A stretch of 64,000 bases of DNA. It comes from Macrostomum lignano. Its lineage: Eukaryota. Positions 48,021-60,790 of this stretch are shown here, piece by piece. Below the pieces are notes generated by a model. It did not search any database, had not been told where the DNA came from, and saw only the letters and a program-made list of their open reading frames with translations. The translations under genes and the position numbers were made by a program. How positions within the stretch are numbered: position 1 is the stretch's first letter; each line of letters starts with the position of its first letter. The stretch spans positions 1 through 64,000 of the forward strand of contig NIVC01001896.1 of assembly GCA_002269645.1 (NCBI GenBank), read 5' to 3'.

Positions 48021-48611
48021 GAAAAAGTCACCCATCTAACGCATGGCATGACATGGCATGTGCAAAGCTCTCGGTATTTTGACATGCCAGATTTATGTAA
48101 TAATCCGAGGTAAAATTAAGAAAAAATAATAATAAACACAGGAATAATCACATCAAAAGATGCAAAGGGTTCCAAAGAATCTTTTGTCCATATTAAACCA
48201 AAGAAAGACGGCAATTTTGAGGGCGTATAAAAAAACGCAGCAGAATGAAGCAAGAAAAAGCATCAGAGGCTTGGGAGCAGTTTTGCAAAGCAAGCCGATG
48301 TATTGAATATTCTACTTGCGCAGGTGGTCGAGATGCATCAAGCATTCGAGGGTGCCAGATTTCAGCAGCAACAATATTCTATGGCTATTGAATATGAAAA
48401 TTAACTACATGTACCTCAACACATTTCAACGCCTTCGAGCCAGAAAGTCAGGCCATCTGAGGTCTTGGAAGCATCAATCTTCGTTTCTTGTGCAACAAAA
48501 TTCTGCCAAATTTAGAAACAAGATAAATATCCACATATCTATAATAGGCTAGTGGCCGCAAAGGGTAAAGCATACCTAAAGACAGGAATGGTATACCCAA
48601 TCCAATACACA

Positions 48612-49230
48612 AAGACAGGAGGTATACCCAGAGACAGCAGGGTATACCTAGAGACAGGAGGGTATACCCAGAGACAGGAGGGTACACCCAGAGACAGCAG
48701 GGTATACCTAGAGACAGGAGGGTATACCCAGAGACAGGAGGGTATACCCAGAGACAGCAGGGTATACCCAGAGACACGAGAGTATACCCAGAGACAGGAG
48801 GGTATACCCAGAGACACGAGAGTATACCCAGAGACAGGAGGGTATACCCAGAGACATCAGGGTATACCTAGAGACAGGAGGGTATACCCAGAGACAGGAG
48901 GGTATACCCAAAGACAGGAGGGTATACCCAGAGACAAGAGAGTATACCAAGAGACAGGAGGGTATACCCAGAGACATCAGGGTATACCTAGAGACAGGAG
49001 GGTATACCCAGAGACAGGAGGGTATACCCAAAGACAGGAGGGTATACCCAGAGACAGGAGGGTATACCCAGAGACAGGAGGGTATACCCAGAGACAGCAG
49101 GGTATACCCAGAGACAGCAGGGTATACCCAAAGACAGGAGGGTATACCCAGAGACAGCAGGGTATACCCAGAGACAGCAGGGTATACCCAGAGACAGGAG
49201 GGTATATCTAGAGACGGAATGGTATACCCA
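48612..49230. repeat. 20-bp minisatellite containing the palindrome GGGTATACCC
   Basis: Unit GGTATACCCAGAGACAGGAG, about 30 copies. Confidence 0.96.
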
Positions 49231-49606
49231 ATACTTAAAGACAAACAATAAGCACATTCAAATGTATCCCAGCCAGTTCTGATCAGAAAAAATTGGAGGT
49301 CAAAAAAAAGAATTGTCAACAAAAACATTTTGGAAATTTGGAATCGCTGAAATAACTTTTGCAACTTTGTTTAAAGCAATATTGCAACAATGAAATATTA
49401 AGATTTATATTTAGATAAATATGCACTCATAAATGTGCAAATTTTATTGCAGAACACCAATCTGTATGTCTAGTCAGTTGTTGTTGCTGTCCATAAGATA
49501 CTACTGAATAGCAATTGCCACGAAAATCTGTCTTTCTCAAAAATTACGGAAGGAAGACAGACAGAAACAAACTAACTATTAGGGTCACTTCAATGCAGTT
49601 TTCCGC

Positions 49607-50903
49607 TCATTTAAGCAGGGCCCACTTGAATTGCTGAGTGGCCTGTTGCAGTACCTGAAAATAAATTTGTTGTCAATAAAAAGTTTTTTAAATGACAGCT
49701 TTTTTGCTATACTGTCTATAGCATAGCTTTTTGAATATTTTTTGCACAAGGTTTTAATTCATTGTTGAGAGGAGTCAAGAGAGGTCACGTGAGGGCTGTA
49801 AGGGAGAGAGAGGGGTCACGTGAGTGCAAAGAGGGGTCCCGTGAGCACATAGAGTCAAGTGAGTGCAGAGAGGGTCCCGTGGGCACATAGGGTCAAGTGA
49901 GTGCAGAGAGGGTCCCGTGAGCACATAGGGTCAAGTGAGTGCAGAGAGGGGTCACGTCAGTGCAGAGAGGGGTCAAGTGAGTGCAGAGAGGGGTCACGTC
50001 AGTGCAGAGAGGGGTCAAGTGATTGCAGACAGAGAGGATCCCGTGAGCACATAGGGGTCAAGTGAGTGCAGAGAAGGTCATGTGAGTGCAGAGAGAGGTC
50101 ACATGAGTGCAGAGAGGGTCCCGAGAGCACATAGGGTCAAGTGAGTGCTGAGTGCAGAGAGAGGTCACAGTCACATGAGTCCAGATGTGTCACGTGAGTG
50201 CAGAGAGGGTCACGTGAGTGCAGAGAGGGTCACGTGAGTACACACGGGTCATTTGAGTGCAGGAGTTACGTGAGTGCAGGGAGGGTCACGTGAGTCCAGA
50301 GAGGATTTAGTAGCATAAAGAGTTTAATAAGCTATAAAGACAAAATAAATCATAAGTAAAGTTCTGCAATATAAATAATTATAACAAATCGCTAAGACCT
50401 ACCTGAGTAACGGAGCCCTCCATCGGAGATGACTCATCAATAACCCTAGTGCCAACCCTGGCAACAAGGTGGTGAGCGTCAGTCTCCAAGACAATGCCAT
50501 TGTCGCACAATTCGTCAACAACAAGAAACATCACATCCAAGTAGTCCAACAGGGCCCGTTTTTCAACGTTCTTTCTTAGAATAATCGACACAGCGTCAAA
50601 CAGAGTGCAGAGAACGGTATTAAGAATCAGCTCGTTTTCGTTCGAATCTCCAAGAACGCAAAACAGCAAATCAACATTGGATCGAAATAGGCAGGTTAAG
50701 CCTTCAAACATGAGCACATCGGTTGATGGGTTCTTAGCAGTCTTGGCTAATAATCGGCGCTCGAAAAGCCGCTGGTCTTTGGCTGAAGCCAGGCCTACAG
50801 TGACAGTGCTTGAGCCGGCACCTGTGTAGTACTTAGCCACAATACGACGGCCATCATTGTCAAGAATGAGGATTGCCCTCACTGTGTGCAATGAGATATC
50901 CAT
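49607..50903 (-). CDS. COPZ1: Coatomer subunit zeta; exons 50903-50403 and 49654-49607
   Basis: Motifs AILILDNDGRRIVAKYY, ENELIL, LRKNVEKRALLD, VDELCDNGIVLETD. Donor CAG|GTAGGT and acceptor TTTCAG|GTA (phase 0) add the C-terminus VLQQATQQFKWALLK*, matching the zeta-COP end. Confidence 0.95.
49780..50305. repeat. Degenerate ~20-bp minisatellite in the COPZ intron
   Basis: Recurring GTGAGTGCAGAGAGGGGTCAC units. Confidence 0.88.
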
Positions 50904-52654
50904 GCATTTCAGTTATTTGTTACATTTTTAGAGTTAAACGTTTTTCTCAAATCAAAACATTTTTAGTATATAGGACTAGCTGTCTGCGCCCCCCATCGGG
51001 GAAGCAACAAAGCAATAAAGCATTGAAGCTTTGAAAGTCAGTAATCTAGCCTCTAGCCTAAGATATAAGCATTCCCTTGTGAGCTTTGGCAATGGCATAA
51101 CCCTAACTCTCTCTTTGATCTACCTGTGGCTTGGCAAATTTCCAACTGACCCTTGGCAACTCAGGGCTACATGAGCCACCGCATTTCAGCAATCCCCTCA
51201 TGAGTCTTGACATCTTGGCTATTCCCTTATTAGCTTTAGCATCCCAGAAATTACCCTAAGAGCTGCAGCATTTTAACAACCCCCATATGCTTTAACATCT
51301 CAGCAATTCACCCTATAAAACTTAATATCTCAGCAATTCTCCTAAGAGTCATAGCATTATAGCAATAGGGGCAGATCAAGAAAGTTTTTTTAGGGGGGGG
51401 GGGAGGGGTGAGGGCTATACCAAGCAACTGTAACGGAACATTAGAAAATAGACTTTATAAAGTTACAGCCCAAAAAGTATGGCCAATTTTTGGGCAATGG
51501 CTTCCTTGCCCTCTTGATCTACCACTATATAGCAATACCCCAAAGATTTGACTTATCAAAAATGGCTAAATAGAAAATATGGTAAAAATGATACTCAATT
51601 AAGCTACCAACAGTAGACTAATTATGTGCATAAGAAACAAATATTAAAATTTCTACTTTAAATGCTAAAATAACAGTTTGAAAATTGTTTTGAAACTTTG
51701 TACCTTGTCAAGTCTTTTCCTAAGTAACTTAGCATATCTAAGACAATTTAAGGCACTATTTTTTTCAAACTTTTTCTGTTTTTCCTATATTCTCTGCATA
51801 GATTTAGCAAACCTAGTTATTAGTCTATTTAATATCTACTATCTAGAGCACTTAATTCCTTACTTGCTTTTATATTTACTCATTATTTTTATCTTGGCAT
51901 AACTAGGACATATTTGTAGCAATTTTTGCTTATGTTTTCCTGTGGTTAATAAAAATCAATAACATATAAAACAATTTCATAACTATAATTATGTAATTCC
52001 TATTTGAACTTTGAGACCCTTAATATCAAAGAGCATAGTATCTCAATGTAGATAGATAATAAAATAGATATAAAAAAGTTTATAATTAATCAAAATTCAA
52101 AAAGAGGTGATTAGCAAGGGTAACAACCACATTGAAATAGTAAAGTGCCTTATAGTCTTTCCATTATTATAATCTAAGATTTCTAGCTAGTCAGCCATGA
52201 TTTTATTTTTTACTAGCTTATACATTTTTAAATATGATTCCCCTATATATAAATTGGTACCCTTGACTGCAATTTAGTTATCTATTATTGCAATTTTTTT
52301 CACACTTTAGCTTAGTTTGTTTTCCTTATTTGCTTTTTCCTAGTCTCCCTTTTCTTTGCTTTCATTTTTTAATCTAATTATTTGTTAAACAGCTATTAAT
52401 ATTGTGACTTTGACTTACCTTGCTTAGCCTCTTATCTCCTAGCTTACTTAAATAGATTAGCTAGATATTTCCTAATTATGATCAAGAAATATTTCTAATA
52501 AACAAAATTATATTGATTATTTGGCAAGAATAGGTATCAAGCTAACTTATATAAGTATATATCATAAGATTTAATTGTGGTTTAACCTTGTTACATTTTT
52601 AGTATATAATAACACTAGATATTACATGCATGATATAAAACAGGGTTTCCAGGG

Positions 52655-53045
52655 GGTGCTTCATAAGACCTAAATTTCATAACACCTAAAACCAAATTAA
52701 AACTGCAGCCTCCTTCACTTCACATTGCCTACTACATTTCATATTGCGGCATTGCCTAAATTTCCTAATGCCAAAAACCAATAATGCAGCCTCCTTCAGG
52801 TCGCCTAAATTTCACAACACCGAAAATCTCCGCATGCTCCTTCCCATTCAGTTTTAGTTGTAGTGAACTTTAGGCTAGGGGATATGAAATTTAATTTAGT
52901 CAATATGAAGGAGGCTGCATGCCTGCATTTTCTGTTTTAGAGGAGTTATGAAATTTAGGCGATGTGAAAGAGCATGCAGATATTTTAGGCTAGGCGTTGT
53001 GAAATTTAGTCGATATGAAATTTAGGCGTTGTGAAGTATGGTGGT
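52655..53045. mobile_element. Foldback/MITE-like inverted-repeat element built of subrepeats
   Basis: The left arm has repeated (CG)CCTAAATTTCA(T/C)AAC and TGCAGCCTCCTTCA. The right arm has the reverse complements GTT(A/G)TGAAATTTAGG(CG) and TGAAGGAGGCTGCA. Confidence 0.6.
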
Positions 53046-53425
53046 TCTAAGTGTTGATTGCACAAGTAAATACGTTGCAAAAATATAGTAAAGAGTTAAA
53101 CAGTGTCAGTACACATATGACAGTATCAATAAAACTGAACTGTTTCGCGGAAAAGACTGTCTTTAGATAATCCACGCTGTAAGCAATACAACAAAGTAAA
53201 AATTTAGTACTTTAAATTTTTTTGTAATGTCCATAGTAATGCGCACTTATTATGAATTAAAAAACAATTTTAGTCCGATCGATTATTTTCTTTTGGTACT
53301 TTTTATCTTCTGTTTTTGATTACAATTCTTTTTAGTTCACCGCAATCATCTTATTTTACTTAGACATAAATTCGATTAGTGCGTGCAGGCCATACAAGAA
53401 TAGTTTTATTCATGTTTATTTGATA

Positions 53426-56400
53426 ATGACGGAAGTAATATCAGAAAAGTATGTTTTATCCGACTCCATGGCCAAAACTAGGCCTGGAACCGAAGTTTTT
53501 TATCGTACAGATGCCAACGCCGGGCTGAATGATATTCGTAGATTTCAACAAGAGAGATTTCGTCGCATTCATAGATTTCCTCCTTATCGAGGCTCAGCGG
53601 ATGCAAAAAGCTTCGGAAAAGAATCGTCGCCGGAGTTTAAAAAGTTTGAAGACAGCGGGCTGCAGCGCTGCGCAGCACCGTATCGCGATTACGAAAGCAT
53701 CGTTGATCCCATCTCCGGTAGCATCGGCGCTGGAGCTGCTTTTGTACGAGGACTGCCTGGCCGTCCTATTGGAGTTTACGCGCACAATGACGGGCCTCAG
53801 TACAACCGACCGCAGGTAATTAATAAGGACAGGGGCGGGCGTACACCCCCAGTACATGTAAAAGATATATGGCGGGGCGACATGCCAATGCTTTGTCTCC
53901 CCCACCCCACCTTGTGACCCGTTATGGAAATCAATAATTTTGCTGCAGGGTGCCAAAATGAGTGCCTGTGGCGCTAAAATGAGTGCCCGCGGCGCCAAAA
54001 TGAGTGTGCCTGCGGCGCTAGAATGAGTGCCTCCGGTGCTAAAATGAGTGCCCACAGCGATAAAATGAGTTCGTGCGGCGCCAAATGACTGCCTGCGGAG
54101 CCAAAATAAGTGCTGACAACACTGATTAGTCATGTATACATGCACATGTATAATTGCTGGCTTTGTCCCCAACCATAAAATCCATGGCGACGCCCCTTAA
54201 TAAGGAATAAAGAATAAATGGATGTCAACTTAGCCTGAAAGTAGAAATCGCTAATTTACTGTGGAGATGGTCAACTAACTTATAACAGTATTGGTCCGTA
54301 CCGACTCAGAATTTGAGCTGTTTATCGTTCCGCTGAATAATTAGTTTAGGTAAGTAACATCTAGGTTTTTTTCCCGTTAGTATCCTGCATTAGTTGGTAT
54401 TCAGACTAGCGTTAAGTGAACGAGATTCGACACTCGTAGCCGATCGAATCATATGAAGGCCCTCCGCGCCTCCGTATTTCTATCTTCAACGCGCGTTTTC
54501 CTAACAATCTGACCCAAATCTAAATCCTATCCCCCAGACGATCCACTCCATTCGCAAAGGCATGCCGGGTGCCTACCCGGAAATCGATCGGGCCAGCGAG
54601 ACCGAACCGCCCGGCCTGCCGGCCCACCAGAAACTGGTCGGTCCCGGCTACACCCGCGCCGTGCAGGGCGGCTGGACAAGCGGCACGGATCAAACTCCGG
54701 AATCGGCCAAGTTGACTCTGCTCTGCCATCTGCCCAAGGCGCGGCCGGACATGTCCGAGAGGGACCGGCTGGCCTATAAGTACATCTACACGTCCACTAC
54801 TCAGTCGTGAGTGAATTTTAAATCTCTAAAGGGTCGTACTATAAAGCTGTCGTAGCGTAAGTTCGATCGTACGTCGGAACTTTTACACTGCGGAGAGAGG
54901 AGCTAAGAACGCTCGTATCTTACGATGGCTTTATAGAACGGGACCTATATATCCGCAATGTAAAATAAATAAATACACACTAAAACTAAGTAGTTTACAA
55001 GTAGTATAACGACTATTTATTTTAAACACAGTTATTTAAAGGAAACTTTATTTATGATGCAACGCATTCAACGGAAAATCAGCATTTTTGCTTGTTTATT
55101 TCCGGCCCTGTGTGATGACGCACAAGAACATTTTTGTTCAACACGCTTAGGTCATTTAGACAGAAGATACTATTTAAATTTCGCATTACCTACCCGATAC
55201 ACACTACTATTAGTGCGTACGAGGCTGTGCCAGCCGAGGACATGCCAAGAGGCGGCTACAAGCGCTTCCCGCCAACCCACACGTTGGAGGCCCACGCTGA
55301 CCCGGTGTCGCTGACCAACAATTCAAAAAAGACGCTGCCACCAGCTCAGACTTGGTGCTCTCAGGTGAGATTTGGGTAGTTTCGCTGAGATTGGGATTTG
55401 GTATTTTCTCTGTCTATTGGGTATCTTTTATGCAGATTGGGTATCTTCTCTGTCTACTGGGTATTTTTTCTGTCTATTGGGTCTCTTTTCTGTCTATTGG
55501 GTATCTTTTCTGTCTATTGGGTATCTTCTCTGTCTATTGGGTATCTTCTCCGTCTATTGGGTATCTTTTCTGTCTATTGGGTATCTTTTCTGTCTATTGG
55601 GTATCTTTTCTGTCTATTGGGTATCTTTTCTGTCTATTGGGTATCTTCATTCTCTGTCTATTGGGTATCTTTTCTGTCTATTGGGTATCTTCTCTGTCTA
55701 TTGGGTATCTTATCCGTCTACTGGGTATCTTCTCCGGCTATTAGATATCATTTCCGCCTATCCTGTATCTACCTTAACTATCCGGCATCTTTCATTAGCT
55801 ATCGGGTACCTTTCAAAGAAACCAATTTACTCGTTAATACTCTTCTTTACACACAGGAGCGCGGTCTAACCTGGGACTTCAAGCAACTGAGGCCCGACTA
55901 TTACAATCGGCAGCGGCCATACACCTAGTAAGTACCCAAAGACACCCCACATATCGTTGCCTTCATTGTAACAGCCAAAAAGATATTAAACAACGATCCA
56001 AAATCTTTTTATTTAAAACTGCAGCTGCAGCGTGGCCCGTCGCACCGACCATCTGCCCACCTACTCGGGCTGCGTTGGCGCCGACAATCCGCAAGAAATT
56101 GACAACCCGTACGAGCCGCTCCGGCCCTACACTGTGCTGCGCAATCCGCAGCCTAAGTTTGGCGTCAGCGGAGCGTAAGCTGGATTTAGTTTTATTGCTT
56201 CACTGGCACAGTGGGTCCATTCGCCTCGCCTCTATCCGCCTCGATATTTCCGTCACACACCCAACCATATTCTAGACCAACCCAAATCAACCCCTATCGC
56301 GCCTAGCTAAGTGCCGTCACACACCCACCCCATTTGAAAAAACCCCTCCGAATCAACCCCCATCGCACCTAGCTAGGTGCCGCCACACACCCACCCCATT

Positions 56401-56845
56401 TTAAACTTCTCCAAATCAACCCCCATCGCGCCTAGCTAAGTGCCGCCACACACCCACCCCATTTCAAACTCCTCCAAATCAACCCCCTTCATTTCGTATG
56501 CTTGTAGCCGAAACACCCTCAAAGTATTCAGAAAATAAGTTTGAACCAGACCATATTCCTAGCAAATCTTTCTTTCGAATCACTGCTCGCTGCAGTCCAA
56601 CCGACATCCCCGGCTACACGGGACGTCGAGCTGCGGTGCAGTCCAGCGTCGGGCCTCGAACAAGTCAGCAGCAGCAGCAGCAGTCGGTGAGCAGCGTCGC
56701 TCATCCGGCGATGCCAGCGAGACTCGCATCGACTTCATCAACGTGCCACGGTCGCTTCGGCAATCTGTCCAGCGTGGTGACCACTGTGGAGCCGAAGAAT
56801 CCGTTCGGAGGTGCTGCCACCCGGACAACGTCACCGCCTCAGTAG
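53426..56845 (+). CDS. SPATA48: SPATA48-like protein; exons 53426(or 53468)-53815, 54538-54806, 55214-55364, 55857-55927, 56031-56174, 56596-56845
   Basis: Six frame-consistent GT-AG exons (phases 0,2,0,2,2). Motifs recalled from the family: IVDPISG, GGWTS, YTSTTQSAYE, TLEAHADPVS, LPTYSGCV...DNP, IPGYTG, LSSVVTTVEPKNPF. The exon structure is solid; the name relies on motif recall. Confidence 0.7.
53945..54110. repeat. 21-bp minisatellite related to the 37-kb family, SPATA48-like intron 1
   Basis: GGCGC(C/T)AAAATGAGTGCC units. Confidence 0.8.
55400..55745. repeat. 20-bp minisatellite, SPATA48-like intron 3
   Basis: Unit CTATTGGGTATCTTTTCTGT; it produces hydrophobic artefact ORFs. Confidence 0.94.
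56280..56485. repeat. ~62-bp tandem repeat x3, SPATA48-like intron 5
   Basis: CCAAATCAACCCCCATCGCGCCTAGCTAAGTGCCGCCACACACCCACCCCATT units. Confidence 0.85.
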
Positions 56846-58613
56846 CAGCAACAGTAGAGTTTTGTAAAACAACTTTTTTAGCGGCAGTTTCGGCTTCAAT
56901 AAATGTTCGATTTTAGATTTTCGCAAATTCTAACAAATCTACATATACATATTTGGGATAGCTTCAGAAAGACTTGTATCGTTTCTAGGTCGAATCCTTT
57001 TTTGAACTAAAAAACACTCATAAATTACATGTAGAATTCTGGAAAAGTTTTCGGTGTTAACTACGACCACACTTCAATAAGTTCCTAGAAAATGCAGAAA
57101 TATACAATTGAAGAGAGAATTAGTAGCACACACCAAAAGTTCCTGACTATAAATTTGTTTACTTGATTTTTGGGTGATGAGATGCCTCAAAGAGATTTTT
57201 TCTGAGTATTTTCAACAGCTGATAGCTAATATTCATATTCAATGACGCTGAGCTTTCTCGGATCTCAAAATAACATCTTATACTAATTAAATTACTCTAA
57301 TATTGATTTTCATACCACGTGTACATGTACTTTAATATCACAGACTAACTTTGTGCTTAACTTACAGGTCACGCCAGGTTCAGGAAGATGGCCTTATATT
57401 TTTAGCTTGTACTTTCGTTGGTGTATTTTTTGTTTTAAGTTCAAATATTGCTTGTAAGAGATATGCCTTTAGTTTTTCCTAGACAAGTGCCTGTTTTTAA
57501 TTTATATCTATAAGAGTCCGTTTGCACTACTGAACAGTTTTAAGTAGCATAGCGCGATGGCGAATTGAAATAAAAGCGTTGAAATCATTGTAAGACTATC
57601 GTTTTTAGCTTGTTTTACTCTGCTATGAAAGATACTTAATTGAATTCTTCCAAGAAAGCTTATCGATCCCAAGATTGTTTGTTTAACTAATATATGAAAT
57701 GCTATCTGTCGTTTTAATCAGGCGATTTAAACCAATATTTATATCACCATTGTTTATGAAATATGTTTAATTTTTTGGTAGCAACCCGGACATTAAATCG
57801 AATTTTATCAATTTAGAAACCAACGAATCTGTCAAAGTTTTTGCACCGCTCTTTCGCTGACAATATTTGAATAAAATGTCTTAATAATTTGAATAAAATA
57901 ATTCCAACCTAACGCATTTGTATTCTCGTGAGACTTTCTGTGTGTTTTTTATTTGCTGATTATTAGGACTTCATGCTAATTTGAATGTCAATCGTTACAA
58001 ATTATCGTTGTCAAAACATCCGAATTTCTAGAAACATTTTTGAAAATATCGACAGTCTGAAGGGCAAGGGACATAGTTAACTGGTGGTCTTGCATTCTGT
58101 GCTTAAGGTTAGGACTGATCTCACCGTATCGTCTGTCTGACTTTCCCCGCATCGTCTATCGGTCCCTCACCGCATTGTCTATCGGACTCTCACCGCTGGA
58201 CTCTCTCATTTTATTTTGTGGGGCAGATATGTAAGCCGCAGAAAATCATCATATCTTCTATTCCGTGGCTGTCAGCCAACCCAAGACACTGAGTCAGCAG
58301 TACACAGCGCCTTAGGCGGGTATCGGCATCAAGTAAGAGGAGAGGCAGAGAGATGAAGAACCGTCACCGCAGTGCACGTCTCGTCTCGCTCGCTATGTGA
58401 ACCCTTCTGCCACAAAATACATTCACCCACTGGGATCTGCTATCCTCGGGTCCTTGTTTCCTTTTTCCTACGACCGCCACTTGTTAGTTGCATTTGACAC
58501 CTTATATAAATCGTAACATTTATAAACAGTGTGAATGCCATCACTACTGATAGGGATGATAATCGACTGTCATTTAGGAACTATCGTAAGAACTATTACA
58601 AATAAGACTTCGC

Positions 58614-58642
58614 TTTTAGGTTTTAGGTTTTAGGTTTTAGGG
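58614..58642. repeat. Telomere-like (TTTTAGG)4
   Basis: Four exact TTTTAGG units followed by G. Confidence 0.7.
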
Positions 58643-60469
58643 AATTATTAGGGAATTGCACTGTTATCAGAGTGTGGTGGAGCGTAGCAGTTGAGGACAG
58701 CTGCACTCTTACAAAATGCCACAAGCGCTCGAGGACGGCAGTGCAAAGGGCGAGTGCAGGCCGCCCTAAAAGTCTGCTTCCACTTTAAAGGGTTGCATGC
58801 CTTTATGTGGGGGTGGGGGGGTTAATTACATTCTGAACACTGAGACACTCCAGACGTCGCAAGAGTGAGGGAGACCATGGGAATCGGCCGGAATTGCGAC
58901 GATGTCTGGAAGGCGTGAGAAGTTGCTAACGCGGACAGTTTTGCAGTGACTGCATCGGGAAATTTCACTATAAATAAGCGAGGAATTAAATGCCTAATCT
59001 TTACTCGCTTTACTAACTTCTGACTTGCTTGAAAAACTCGTTTGCACATCGTTGTTGTGATCTAAGCGTACCTATTGCTTCTGCAGACACCTGTGAATGG
59101 TGGGTAAGACTGAGCACTGCCATGGCTATTGATATATGAATATTAGCGTATTGGTCTCAGACCAAGTAGATAGGCGTAAGCTATATACAATACGAGATAG
59201 ATTATTGGAGTAGCTTAGTTATACCGTAGTGTCTCGGACTTATTCTCTCTGCCTGTAGCTCGCTTATCTGTTTACCTACTTACTTATTCAAACCGTAAAA
59301 CGAAGTTATCAAATTTACTATTTGGTTAATCGGAAACTACCGTCTACCTCGTTTGTTTTAGCGGAGTTATTATTACTCATATGTAGGCTCGTAAGTTTCT
59401 AGTTAGCGGCCGGCTAGAGCCTTATACTCTGTCTCCGACATCAGCATCTTTTTTGCTATATTTTTCCGCTAGCAGTATGAATCTCAGAGCCTACTCTTCT
59501 CCCCAGCCGTAATGTCGGCAGCTTTACAACCAAGATCGCGATTCGCTGTGTTTTATTATATAGTTAAATTGATTTTAATGTTTACTTATAACCTAGCTTG
59601 GAGTCTCCGTCCATATATACTCAGCAACAGCTAAAACCCCCCCACTCACGCTGTCACACGGCCTAAAAGTTTTGTATGCTGTGACGTTGCTAGTTTAAGT
59701 GGTCCCGCAAAAGGGCCGATGGACTATAGTTTCCCTTGCAATTTCTCATTTTAATTTCTCCAATAGTTTATTTTAACGTTTATTTGTAGTAGCGTGCAAA
59801 TAATCTGTATCAACTGCTAATTCACTGTGTATTTGGTAGTCCTTGCGCTCGTCTGTGAATTTTGGCACGATCGATAATTTCAAGTTCTCTCGCCAGCCAA
59901 TGAAAAATCTCCGCGTGTATTTTGCTAGCCCTCTGCGCTCTTTATTAACCCCCGCCTGGCGGCGGGCCCCTCACCTTCTTCTCCTTCGCTCCTTCTCCTG
60001 CCTTCTGTCTGGTTTCGGGCTGCCTCGAGCCCCCTTTATCTCTCGCCACGGCTCCTCTGACTGGGCCAGCCTGTTTACACTACCTGCCACTGTCTGCCAC
60101 GGCTAACGCCAATCTCACCACTACGCATCTGCCTCTTCTGTGCTCATCGCCGTTACTCACCACGTTGCATCGCCTTGCATCACTCGCCTGCCACTTGACT
60201 GCAATTTCTAACTCACCTTCAATTCAAAACCATTGTTGCAGCCGCCAGTGTCCCAAAGCGCAATAAGTTCTATATTGACATTAACCAATTCGAATATTGA
60301 TCTCAACAATAAATCAGTTACGGCAGTTCCCTGCCTTGTACGCCAAGTGCTCCGCTACACAATCCGCTTCTCAAGACTTGACTCGATTCATTTTGGGACT
60401 ACGACTTACGACAACTCTCGTAAAACGGCCCTTCTAAGGGTCATAGCCTCTACGCCAATAACGTGACAA

Positions 60470-60790
60470 TGCCATCGGTGACTCAGAAATGTGTGAAGGC
60501 TGCCGCCGCCAGACGCAAGCGCAAAGTGCGGCATGGGGGATTTGGGGAGGGGGTGGCGCAACTCAACCGACTGGTGGCTGCATTGCGCAATGGTAAACCA
60601 TCAGTAGTTAAAGAGGAGGGTGCCCCACAGAGGAGTTCAGCAGGATGCCCCACAGAATGCTGAACAGTTGCGACTGGCGGTGCTGAATGCCTGGCAGCAG
60701 CTGCCCCAAGAGTTCATCAACCGGCTGGTGATCAGGATGCCACGACGAGTCACGGCACTTTTGCATGCTCTCACAAATAAATATTGGGGT
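60470..60790 (+). mobile_element. Tc1-like transposase remnant (C-terminus, probably internally deleted)
   Basis: PQNAEQLRLAVLNAWQQLPQEFINRLVIRMPRRVTALL matches the Tc1 C-terminal pattern; no DDE core is visible upstream. Confidence 0.6.

Noticed and set aside
11898-56485. Regularly spaced repeats as possible CRISPR arrays
   Set aside because: The units are contiguous with no unique spacers, there are no cas genes, and the context is eukaryotic intron.
58660-58700. GTTATCAGAGTGTGGTGG as a possible LTR primer-binding site
   Set aside because: It is an imperfect match to TGGTATCAGAGC, and no paired LTR or gag/pol sequence is nearby.
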